Of a stretch of DNA of 53,676 bases, positions 17,907-28,600 are shown one piece after another (within the stretch, counting starts at the first letter, position 1; each line of letters begins with the position of its first letter). The translations under genes were made by a program, and so were the position numbers. The notes beneath the pieces were generated by a model. That model searched no databases and was not told the origin of the DNA. It was given only the letters and a program-made list of their open reading frames with translations. Source of the stretch: Burkholderiaceae bacterium (GTDB taxonomy: Bacteria > Pseudomonadota > Gammaproteobacteria > Burkholderiales > Burkholderiaceae_E); contig JBIIPQ010000001.1 of NCBI GenBank assembly GCA_044342535.1, forward strand, positions 1 to 53,676. Direction: 5' to 3'.

Positions 17907-18937
17907 CCGCCCCCGCGTTCCCTTCGACTCCCGCCGCGATCTTCGACGCCGGCGAGGTCCGCCTGGTCTCCGGCCACACCAGCCGCCACACGAAGCTGTC
18001 CTACCGGACCTACGGCACGCTGTCGCCGTCGAAGGACAACGTGGTGCTCTACCCCACCTCGTTCTCCGCGCAGCACCTCGACACCCAATGGCTGATCGAG
18101 CCGGGCGGCATCCTCGACCCCGAGCGCTGGTTCATCGTCATCCCCGACCTGATGGGCAACGGCCTGTCGAGCTCGCCGAGCAACACCGCCTCGCCCTTCG
18201 ACCGCGGCCGCTGGCCGCAGTGGTCCGTCTTCGACAACGTCGTCGTGCAGCGCCGGCTGCTGCGCGAGGTGTTCGGCATCGAGCACCTGGCCATGGTCTA
18301 CGGCTGGTCGATGGGCGGCATGCAGGCCTACCAGTGGGCGTCGAGCTTCCCCGGCGAGGTCGACCGCGTCGCCGTGGTCTGCGGCGCGGCGCGCTGCTCG
18401 CCGCACAACTTCGTGTTCCTCGAGGGCGTGCGTGCCGCGCTGTGCGCCGACCCGGCCTGGAACGGCCTGTCCTTCGATGCCAAGCCCGAGCGCGGGCTGC
18501 GTGCGATGGGCCGCGTCTACGCCGGCTGGGCGCTGTCGCAGCCGTTCTACCGCGACCGGCTGTGGACGCAGCTCGGCTACTCGTCGGTCGAGGACTGGAT
18601 GGTGGGCAACTGGGAGGGCAACTTCCTGCGCCGCGATGCGATGGACCTGCTCGCGCACGTGCACACCTGGCAGCACTTCAGCATCGCGCAGGACCCGGCG
18701 CACGGCGGCGACTTCGAGCGCGCACTGCGCGCCATCGAGTGCCCGGTGCTGCTGATGCCGGGGCGCACGGACCTGTATTTCCGCTGGCAGGACAACGCCG
18801 ACGAGCTGCCGCACCTGAAGCACGGCACCCTCGAGCCGATCGAGTCGGACTGGGGGCACCGGGCGGGGAACCCGGTGCATCGCGGGGCCGACTGGACGTT
18901 CCTGCGGGATCGGGTGAGGGCGTTCGCGGGCGGGTGA
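17903..18937 (+). CDS. Alpha/beta hydrolase, homoserine-O-acetyltransferase (MetX)-like family
   Basis: ATG at 17903 overlaps the amidase stop (ATGA). Nucleophile elbow VYGWSMGGMQAY and a MetX-like N-terminus (LSYRTYGTL...NVVLYPTSFS). Confidence 0.75.
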   Translation: MTAPAFPSTPAAIFDAGEVRLVSGHTSRHTKLSYRTYGTLSPSKDNVVLYPTSFSAQHLDTQWLIEPGGILDPERWFIVIPDLMGNGLSSSPSNTASPFDRGRWPQWSVFDNVVVQRRLLREVFGIEHLAMVYGWSMGGMQAYQWASSFPGEVDRVAVVCGAARCSPHNFVFLEGVRAALCADPAWNGLSFDAKPERGLRAMGRVYAGWALSQPFYRDRLWTQLGYSSVEDWMVGNWEGNFLRRDAMDLLAHVHTWQHFSIAQDPAHGGDFERALRAIECPVLLMPGRTDLYFRWQDNADELPHLKHGTLEPIESDWGHRAGNPVHRGADWTFLRDRVRAFAGG

Positions 18938-19021
18938 GGGCGGACGGCGGGGACCGGTGCGCGTCGCCCCACCCGGACCGGGCGCGGCCGCAGCCGCCCC
19001 GGTCACCGGATCAGCCGCGTC

Positions 19022-20380
<1,359 letters not shown>

Positions 20381-20381
20381 G

Positions 20382-20566
20382 ATGGACCTGCTCGCGCACA
20401 TCCACACCTGGCAGCACTTCAGCATCGCGCAAGATCCGGCGCACGGCGGCGACTCCGAGCGCGGGCTGCGCGCGATCGAGTGCCCGGTGCTGCTGACGCC
20501 CGGGCGCACCGGGCGGGCAACCCGGTGCATCGCGGTGCGGACTAGGCGTTCGCCGGCGGCTGAGGC
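20382..20566 (+). pseudogene. Decayed partial duplicate of the 3' end of the MetX-like hydrolase gene (copy of about 18641-18940)
   Basis: MDLLAHIHTWQHFSIAQDPAHGGDSERGLRAIECPVLLTPGR here versus MDLLAHVHTWQHFSIAQDPAHGGDFERALRAIECPVLLMPGR in the intact gene. The copy then continues with HRAGNPVHRGAD in a shifted frame after an internal deletion, and a second deletion lies before the stop region. Confidence 0.75.
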
Positions 20567-20595
20567 CAGCGACGCGTCGGCCAAGCATTCATTCG

Positions 20596-21189
20596 TCAGC
20601 GCGCCCGCAGCGAGCAACTCGCAATCTCGGCGTTGGACCTCAGGCCGAGACAATGGCGCAGGTCGGACGTCGCGCGTGGCTCTGATGAAGGCTCAGATAG
20701 GGCGGGTGCCTGACGTTCGGGATGGGCCACCGGCACCGCGGCACTCGCGGCCGATCCTGATGCGTAGGACCGAGGGGTGCTGACCTCTGTCCGGGGGCTC
20801 TCCGGAGCTGGCGGGTCAGTGCCCATCGATCGTTGAACCCATGCCCCGGCTATCCCGGCGAGTGCAGCCACCAACAGCATCCGGATAAGGCCAGGCCGCC
20901 GGCGAGGCGCAGTCGTGCAGACAATTGCCGGCCGAGGCGTCACCAGTGGAACGGGCGCTGGGTTCGGCGCGGGCGCAGCCGGCTTCTTCGGGCGAATGCA
21001 TACCCAGCCTGCCGCGAGCCCGAGGCAGACACCCAGCAGATCCATGCCGAGGTACATCGGCGAGCCGGTCACGGCACCCACCGCAGCCGAGGCGAGTGCC
21101 GCCAGAACGAGCCATGCCCTGCTGCCGGTCTTCAGCCCTACGAACAGGACGGCCACGCCGTGGATCGCCGTGATGCCGAGCACGCTCAT
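20596..21189 (-). CDS. Hypothetical membrane protein with Pro/Ala-rich linker
   Basis: ATG at 21189 (MSVLGITAIHGVAVLFVGL...). Three or four hydrophobic helices and the low-complexity stretch KKPAAPAPNPAPVP. Divergent from pglW. Confidence 0.4.
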   Translation of the reverse strand: MSVLGITAIHGVAVLFVGLKTGSRAWLVLAALASAAVGAVTGSPMYLGMDLLGVCLGLAAGWVCIRPKKPAAPAPNPAPVPLVTPRPAIVCTTAPRRRPGLIRMLLVAALAGIAGAWVQRSMGTDPPAPESPRTEVSTPRSYASGSAASAAVPVAHPERQAPALSEPSSEPRATSDLRHCLGLRSNAEIASCSLRAR

Positions 21190-21465
21190 GGGCGAGTCCC
21201 GTCGATCGACGAGTGTGGGTGACGGTCCGTGACACGAGTGGGCATCGGTGGCTCTGCCGGAATCGGGTATTGATATCGGCCCCGTTGTACGGTCTCGGCG
21301 GACGCCATGGCGTCCCAAGCAGGCAAGAGGCTCGCCAATTCGGGTAAGTCCGACCCCCCGCCCACCGCCGATTCCCGCTCGACGGTCGCTTCGATCTCAC
21401 TCGCCGCGACAGGGCCGCCGCACCGCCCCTCTACAATCGCGCATGCCTTCGCCCGCCTGCCGACC

Positions 21466-24400
21466 ATGGTCATGACCCCCCCGCGATGGCAGGCCATCGC
21501 AGAGTCGGCGTTCCCCTGGGAACGCGACGCCCTCGAATGGCTGCGCAGTCTGTTGCCCGACCGCGACCCCTGGCATGCATGGGCCAACTTCGAGTTCATC
21601 GACGACCAGGGCAAGGTCAACGAGGTCGATGCGCTGATCCTTGCGCCGACCGGCCTGTACCTCGTCGAGATCAAGAGCCGGCCCGGTCGCGTGGACGGCG
21701 ACGCGCACAGCTGGACCTGGACCACAGACGGTCGCCTGATCACCGAGGACAACCCGCTGCTGCTTGCCAACCGCAAGTCCAAGCGGCTGATGAGCGTCCT
21801 CAGGCGTCAGCCGTCGGTGCAGAAAGCGCGTGTCAGGTTGCCCTGGTGCGAGCCGCTGATCTTCCTATCCGCCACCAGCTTGGACTGTCGGCTGGGGGGC
21901 AGCGCGCGTGCCGGCGTCTACCTGCGCGGCAAGCCCGGCGCGCTCGGCGACCCCGGTATCGTCGCCGCGCTGCTGGGCGACGCCCGCGCCGCGGCCGACC
22001 CGCCGCTGTCGCCGGTCGATGGCGCTCAGCACCGCGCGATGCTGCAGGGCATGACGCAGGCCGGCGTGCGCCAGTCGAACAAGCACCGCCGCGTCAACGA
22101 CTGGCAGCTCGGTGCGCTGATCGGCGAAGGCGAGCGCTGGCAGGACTGGGAAGGCCGGCACGCGACCCTCGAGAAGACCCGTCGTCGCATCCGCATCTAC
22201 CCGCACTCCGCGGCGGCCTCCCCCGAGGAGCGGGCAGCGATGTCGAAGGCGGCCGAGCGCGAGTTCCAGCTCCTCGAAGGCATCGAGCACCCCGGCATCC
22301 TGCGGATCCGCGAGTTCACCAGCTCCGAGCGCGGACCGGCGCTGATCTTCGACCATGACCCCGATGCGCTGCGCCTCGACCACCTGCTGCGAGAGCGCGG
22401 CGCGAAACTCTCGGTGGACCTGCGACTGCACATCGTCCGCAGTCTCGCGGAGGCGGTGAAGCACGCCCACGGAAGGCGGCTCTTCCACCGCGCGCTCTGC
22501 CCGCAGAACGTGCTGGTGTCGGATGCGGACACCGCCCAGCCGACGCTTCGGATCATGAACTGGCAGACCGGTGCACGTGACGCCGAGACCGGCGGCACCG
22601 ACCTTCGCACGCTCGGCACCGTGCACCCCGGCGAATACGTGGAGAACCCGGGCCTGGTCTATCTGGCGCCCGAGCTGCTCAAGCCCGACACGCCTCCGGG
22701 CCCCCATCTCGACGTGTTCTCGCTCGCCGCCATCGCGTATCACGTGTTCAGCGGCCAGCCGCCGGCCGGCACGCCGCTGGAGCTCTGGAACCGGCTCGTC
22801 GAGCAGGGCGGGCTGAAGGTCTCGGACGTGATGGACGGTGCGCCGCCTTCGCTGCAGGACCTGATCCAGTACGGCACCGCACCCGACATCCAGGCCCGCT
22901 ATCCGACCGTCGCAGAGTTCCTCGCCGAGCTGGACACGGTCGAGGAGGAGCTCACCCGACCCGACCCGGCGCAGACGGTCGACCCCTCGCGTGCCACGGT
23001 CGGTGATCGGCTGGACGGCGGCTTCGTGGTGGTGCGCCGCCTCGGGCGCGGCTCGTGCGCCGACGTGCTGCTGGTGCGGGTCGCAGATGATGCCCGGACT
23101 GCCGAGCAGCCGACACGCGAGAGGGTGCTCAAGGTCGCGATCGACGCCTCGCACGACGATCGTGTCGTGGCCGAAGGCGCGGTGCTGGCGTCGCTGCACC
23201 ATGCGAACGTGGTCGAGGTCACCGAGACGCTGCGCATCGCCGGACGCAGCGCGCTGCTGATGCACTACGCTGGCGAGTCGCTCGCGCGTCGGCTTCGGGA
23301 GGGGCCGCGGCTGTCGCTCGACCTGGTGCGCCGCTTCGGCGACGAGCTGATCGGCGTGGTCGATCACCTCGAGCAGCAGGGCGTGGCACACCGTGACATC
23401 AAGCCGGACAACATCGGCCTCACGCAGGTCGGCGAGCGCGGACGGCTGCAGCTGGTGCTGTTCGACTTCTCGCTGTCGCGCACGCCCGTCGACGCGATCA
23501 CCGCCGGCACACCCCCCTATCTCGACCCCTTCCTGCCGCTGCGCAAGCCGGCGCGCTGGGACCTGCAGGCCGAGCGCTTCGCGCTCGCGGTCACGCTCTA
23601 CGAGCTCGCCATCGGCGTGACCGGCGGCAGCACGCCGCGCTGGGGCGACGGCCGCAGCGCGCCCTATGCGATCGAGGACGAGGTCACGCTCGACCCGGAG
23701 CGCTTCGATCCGGCGCTGCGCGACGGGCTCGCCGCGTTCTTCGGCCGCGCGTTGCGCCGCGACCCGCGCGAGCGCTTCGACAACGCCGAGGAGATGCGCC
23801 GCGCCTGGAACCGGGTCTTCGACGACGCGACGCTGCAGCCCGCACCCGCCGACGCCTTCGATGCCCTCGCACGCGACGTCGCGGCCGACACGCGCGTGGG
23901 CGAGCTGGGCTACGGCGTCGAGGCGCTGAACGTGCTCGACGGCATGGGCATCGCCACGGTGGCCGACCTTCTGGCGGTCGACCGCATCCGGTTCCGCTAC
24001 CTGAAGGGCGTGGGCGACCGCATCCGCAAGGAGATCCGCCTCAAGGCCCGTCGGCTCGCGCAGCTCCGCCCCGACCTGACCCGCGGCCGCCCGACGCTGC
24101 ACGACGACGATGAGGGCGTGTCGTCGGGTCCGGCGAGCATCGACGAACTGGCTGCGCAGCTCGTGCCCCGCCGACCTGCGGGCGACGACCATCCGGAGGA
24201 CACCGCGCTCGCCACCTGGCTCGGCATCGACGAGGGCGATGCGGCCGCACCATGGCCCACGCCCGGCGACGCGGCACGCGCCGGCGGCATCGCGCGCCCG
24301 ATCTTCGCCGACACGCTCGCGCGTGCTCGGGAGCGCTGGCTGAAGTCGTCCGCGCTCGTCACCGTACGCGACGAGCTGATGGCGCTGCTCGCCGCGCACG

Positions 24401-25686
24401 GCGGCGTGATGACCGCGCCCGAGGCCGCGCAGGCGCTGCTCTCGCGCCGCGGCAGCACCGAGCGCGACGAGTCGATCCGGATGCGGCTGGCGAACGGTGT
24501 GGTCCGTGCCTGCGTGGAGTCGGAGGCCGCACGCGGCGTGCAGCGCTTCTCGGGCTTCGACGACGGTCGGCTGGCGCTGCTCGCCGCATCGGTCGAGGCG
24601 GCCGACCATGCGCGCCGCCTCGGCATCGAGGCCGATGCGATCGCAGCCGCCGACCCGTTGCAGTCGCCCGCCCGCGCCCAGGAGCTGCTGGAGGCGGTGA
24701 GCCGGCCCGAGGGCGTGGCGGCGCTGCCGGCCACGCGGCTGATGCGGCTGGCGGTCGCGGCGTCGGGCCGTGCCGCGCTGTCCAGCAGACTTGAGATCTA
24801 TCCGCGCGCCATGTCCGCGCTGCAAGCGCTTCGCCATTCGCTCGGTGCGCTGGCCGGCGTGCGGCGGCTCACCGCGGCCCAGGTGATCGAGCGTGTGCGA
24901 GGTCGTTACCCTCAGGCCGAGCCGCTGCCCGATCGGCCCGCGCTCGACGCGCTGATGCACGCGGCAGGTGCCGACCTTCACTGGCGCGAGGACGATGGCG
25001 ACGGGCCGGCCTATCACCCGGCCGGCGCGCAGGTCGGAGCCTCCGTCGGGCGCAGCACGCTGCTCTCGCGCCTGCCCACGCGCAGCGTGCTCGCCGGAGA
25101 CGCCGACAGCGAGCCGCTGCTCGTGGCGCGTCGATTCGAGGAGCGGCTCGCGCACTCGGTGTGGCAGGGCGGCTTCCTCGCGCTGACCGTGCCGCCGCGC
25201 GAGGCGCGTGCGGCGCAAGGCGAACTGCTGCGCCGCTTCGACCTGCAGCGCACGAGCCTGGACGCGTTGCTGCTGCGCGCGCTGCGCGAGCGGGCCGACG
25301 CGCGGCGCGTCGACTGGACGGTCGTGCTGCGCGCAGACAGCGCCGCGCCCGGCAGCGTCGACCACAGCCGCCTGCTGCAACTCGCGCGCCAGGCCGGCCA
25401 GCTCGCCATCGAGCGGCTGCTCGCATCGCCGCGGCCGCTCCTCCTGACCGATCCCGGCCTGCTCGGCCGCTGGCAGCTTACCGACCTGATCGATCCGCTG
25501 CGTGACGGCGCCGGCCGGCCCGGCGCGCTGCCGCGGTGCTGGCTGCTCGTGCCTATGGTGGCCAACGCGCTGCCGTCCATCGACGGCGTGCCGGTGCCCG
25601 TGCTCGGTGCCTCCCAGTGGGCGCGCATCCCGGCTGCCTGGATCGCCAACCGTCACCGGGCCGGTGCGCCCGTTCCGCAGGCCTGA
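21466..25686 (+). CDS. pglW: PglW: NERD-domain / tandem protein-kinase-domain BREX type 2 protein
   Basis: NERD-like N-terminus (EVDALILAPTGLYLVEIKSRPG). First kinase-like domain carries HRALCPQN (22486-22509). Second domain carries VLKVAI, HRDIKPDN (23389-23412), DFS and TPPYLDPF. A long C-terminal region follows. The start is ATG 21466 or 21472. Confidence 0.85.
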   Translation: MVMTPPRWQAIAESAFPWERDALEWLRSLLPDRDPWHAWANFEFIDDQGKVNEVDALILAPTGLYLVEIKSRPGRVDGDAHSWTWTTDGRLITEDNPLLLANRKSKRLMSVLRRQPSVQKARVRLPWCEPLIFLSATSLDCRLGGSARAGVYLRGKPGALGDPGIVAALLGDARAAADPPLSPVDGAQHRAMLQGMTQAGVRQSNKHRRVNDWQLGALIGEGERWQDWEGRHATLEKTRRRIRIYPHSAAASPEERAAMSKAAEREFQLLEGIEHPGILRIREFTSSERGPALIFDHDPDALRLDHLLRERGAKLSVDLRLHIVRSLAEAVKHAHGRRLFHRALCPQNVLVSDADTAQPTLRIMNWQTGARDAETGGTDLRTLGTVHPGEYVENPGLVYLAPELLKPDTPPGPHLDVFSLAAIAYHVFSGQPPAGTPLELWNRLVEQGGLKVSDVMDGAPPSLQDLIQYGTAPDIQARYPTVAEFLAELDTVEEELTRPDPAQTVDPSRATVGDRLDGGFVVVRRLGRGSCADVLLVRVADDARTAEQPTRERVLKVAIDASHDDRVVAEGAVLASLHHANVVEVTETLRIAGRSALLMHYAGESLARRLREGPRLSLDLVRRFGDELIGVVDHLEQQGVAHRDIKPDNIGLTQVGERGRLQLVLFDFSLSRTPVDAITAGTPPYLDPFLPLRKPARWDLQAERFALAVTLYELAIGVTGGSTPRWGDGRSAPYAIEDEVTLDPERFDPALRDGLAAFFGRALRRDPRERFDNAEEMRRAWNRVFDDATLQPAPADAFDALARDVAADTRVGELGYGVEALNVLDGMGIATVADLLAVDRIRFRYLKGVGDRIRKEIRLKARRLAQLRPDLTRGRPTLHDDDEGVSSGPASIDELAAQLVPRRPAGDDHPEDTALATWLGIDEGDAAAPWPTPGDAARAGGIARPIFADTLARARERWLKSSALVTVRDELMALLAAHGGVMTAPEAAQALLSRRGSTERDESIRMRLANGVVRACVESEAARGVQRFSGFDDGRLALLAASVEAADHARRLGIEADAIAAADPLQSPARAQELLEAVSRPEGVAALPATRLMRLAVAASGRAALSSRLEIYPRAMSALQALRHSLGALAGVRRLTAAQVIERVRGRYPQAEPLPDRPALDALMHAAGADLHWREDDGDGPAYHPAGAQVGASVGRSTLLSRLPTRSVLAGDADSEPLLVARRFEERLAHSVWQGGFLALTVPPREARAAQGELLRRFDLQRTSLDALLLRALRERADARRVDWTVVLRADSAAPGSVDHSRLLQLARQAGQLAIERLLASPRPLLLTDPGLLGRWQLTDLIDPLRDGAGRPGALPRCWLLVPMVANALPSIDGVPVPVLGASQWARIPAAWIANRHRAGAPVPQA

Positions 25687-25690
25687 CCCG

Positions 25691-28600
25691 ATGATCGATT
25701 CCCGCCGCCTGCTCGCCGACCTGCAGGGCTGGATCCGCCGGCTCGAGCCGGACCTGCGCGAGCGTGTCGCGGCCGATGCGGCGCTCGATGTCGCGTTGTG
25801 CGCCGAGTGGGACGACGCGCGCGCAGCCGGGCGCACCGGCGACACCTTCGAGACGTGGGTCGACGCCGTGCTCACGCAGGCGGCCGTGCACTGGCTGCTC
25901 GGCTGCGTGTTCGTGCGCTTCATCGAGGACAACGGGCTGGTCGAGCGGCCGTGGCTTTCCGGGCCCGGCGAGCGCCACGCGCTTGCGCAGGATCGTCACG
26001 AACGTTACTTCCGTGAGCATCCGGTGCTGTCCGACCGCGACTACCTGCTCGCCTGCTTCACGGACGTCGCCGCGCTGCCCGGGCTGCAGGCACTGTTCGA
26101 TTCGGCGCACAACCCGGTCTTCCGGCTCGGCATCTCGGGCGATGCCGCGATGGCGCTGCTCGCGTTCTGGCGCCGCGTCGACCCCGACACCGGCACGCTG
26201 GTGCACGACTTCACCGACCCGACCTGGGGCACTCGCTTCCTCGGCGACCTGTACCAGGACCTGTCCGAGTCCACCCGCAAGCGCTATGCGCTGCTGCAGA
26301 CGCCGGACTTCATCGAGTCCTTCATTCTCGACCGAACCCTCGCGCCGGCGATCGCCGAGTTCGGCTACCGCGAGGTCCGGCTGATCGACCCCACCTGCGG
26401 GTCCGGTCACTTCCTGCTCGGCGCGTTCGCGCGGCTGCTCGACCTCTGGTCGCGCAACGAGCCGGCCCGCCCGCGCCGCGACCTCGTGCAGCGCGCGCTC
26501 GACGGAGTGTTCGGCGTCGACCTGAACCCATTCGCGGTCGCGATCGCGCGCTTCCGGCTGCTGGTGGAGGCGCTACGCGCCAGCGGCGTCGAGCGGCTGG
26601 CCGCAGCGCCCGACTTCGAGCTGCACCTCGCGGTGGGTGACAGCCTGCTGCACGGCCAGCGCGCCGGCATGAAGGACACTGCGTCGCTGCTCGACGAGCC
26701 GCAGGCCTATGCCGGCACCGGGCTCGAGCATGCGTATGCGGTGGAGGACCTCGACGAGGTCAGGCGGATCCTCGGGCAGCGGTATCACGCGGTGGTGGGG
26801 AACCCGCCGTACATCGTGGTGAGGGATTCGGCGCTGAATGCGGCGTATCGAAGCCGCTTCGAGAGCTGCCACATGAAGTACTCGCTCGGAGTGCCGTTCA
26901 CGGAACTGTTCTTCGACCTGGCGCTGCCGGGCGACGAGGGGCCCGCCGGGCATGTTGGATTGATCACCGCGAACTCGTTCATGAAGCGCGAGTTCGGGTC
27001 GAAGCTGATCGAGAAGGTGCTGCCGAGCCTGGACCTCACGCATGTGATCGACACGTCGGGCGCCTATATTCCGGGGCACGGTACGCCGACGGTGATTCTA
27101 TTCGGGCGCAACCGGCTGCCGGCCGGTGACTCGGTTCGGACGGCCATGGGGATTAAAGGTGAGCCGGGGTCGCCGGAGGATCCGGCTCAGGGGCTTGTAT
27201 GGTGCGCAATTGTTACTCAGATAGACCGAACAGGGAGCGAGAGCGAATTCGTTAGTGTTGCTGACACGAAGCGGACAACGTTTGCTAAGCATCCATGGAG
27301 CATCGGCGGTGGCGGCGCGGTCGATTTGAAGGAAGCGGTTGAAGAGGGGCGGCCTCTCCTAAAGTCTGAAATAGCTGGTGCAGGATTCTCAGCAATTACG
27401 GGCGAAGACGAAGTCTTTGCAATGCCTCGGGGGTTGGTTGGTCGGTTGGGAATCAATTCGAGGCTTTTCGTGTTGGGTGACGAGGTTAGGGATTGGGCAA
27501 TCTCGCCGTCTGCGGCGGTAATTTTTCCATACGAGTCCGAAAACCTTTCTGCGCAACCGCCTGCGACAACTTCCGTGGCAGCGCGACACTTCTGGAGCAT
27601 GAGAACTAATCTGCGTAGTCGATTGATGTTCGGAAAATCTCCTGAGCAGGCTGGACTCAATTGGTGGGAAATGAGTTTTCTTTCTCGAGAGCGACTTCGA
27701 TCCCCTTTCTTAGTGACCTTCGCCGAAGTCGCTACCCACAACCACTTCGTCCTCGACCGCGGCGGCAAGGTCTTTAAGCAGACCGCGCCGGTAATCAAGC
27801 TGCCGGCGGGCGCGGACGAGGCGACGCATCTCGGGCTGCTGGGGCTGCTGAACTCTTCGGTGGGGTGTTTCTGGTTGAAGCAGGTGTGTCACAACAAAGG
27901 GGAAGGTGGTGGTACGCGTGTAGACGCCGGATTTTCGGCTTTGGGAGATGAAGCGTGGAAAAGTCATTTCGCATTTAATTCGACCAAAGTGGCGGAGTTC
28001 CCTCTTGCATCTGGTCGGCCCTACACGCTTGTTGCAATGCTTGATTCCGCATCGCATGAACTGCGCTCGTACTGCGAATCCCCCTTCGCCCCCGGCTTCG
28101 CCCCCGGCTACGCCCCCGATCGTCCGCGCCTCCTCGCCGCCGCTCGCCAGCACGCCGACACCCTCGCCCGGATGATCGCGCTCCAGGAAGAACTCGACTG
28201 GCAGTGCTACCGCCTCTACGGACTGCTCAACGCACCGCTCGAAGCCTCCGACCCCGACACCCTCCCGCCGCTGCGCCTGGGCGAGCGCGCGTTCGAGATC
28301 GTGCTCGCCCGCCGCATCGCCGCAGGTGACGAGACCACCTCCTGGTTCGAGCGCCACGGCTCGACGCCGATCACCGAGCTGCCCGCGCACTGGCCGCCCG
28401 ACTATCGCGCGCTCGTTGAGCGACGCATCGCCTGCATCGAGTCCGACCGCAACATCGGCCTTGTCGAGCGTCCCGAGCACAAGCGCCGCTGGAACCTGGA
28501 CCCCTTCGACGAGACCGTGCAGCGCGGCCTGCGGTTGTGGCTGCTCGATCGCCTGGAGTCCGAGCCCTACCGGCGCGGCGCGCCGCAGCTCACCACCGTC

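Noticed and set aside
20382-20783. The 133-aa ORF 20382..20783 considered as a real gene.
   Set aside because: Its first 42 or so residues are a near-copy of an internal segment of the hydrolase at 18641 onward. The remainder is out-of-frame, low-complexity sequence. I treat it as a pseudogene remnant.
21406-21437. TACAAT (21432-21437) upstream of pglW, considered as a -10 box paired with GCGACA as a -35.
   Set aside because: The spacer is about 20 nt and the -35 match is poor. This is not strong enough to call a promoter.
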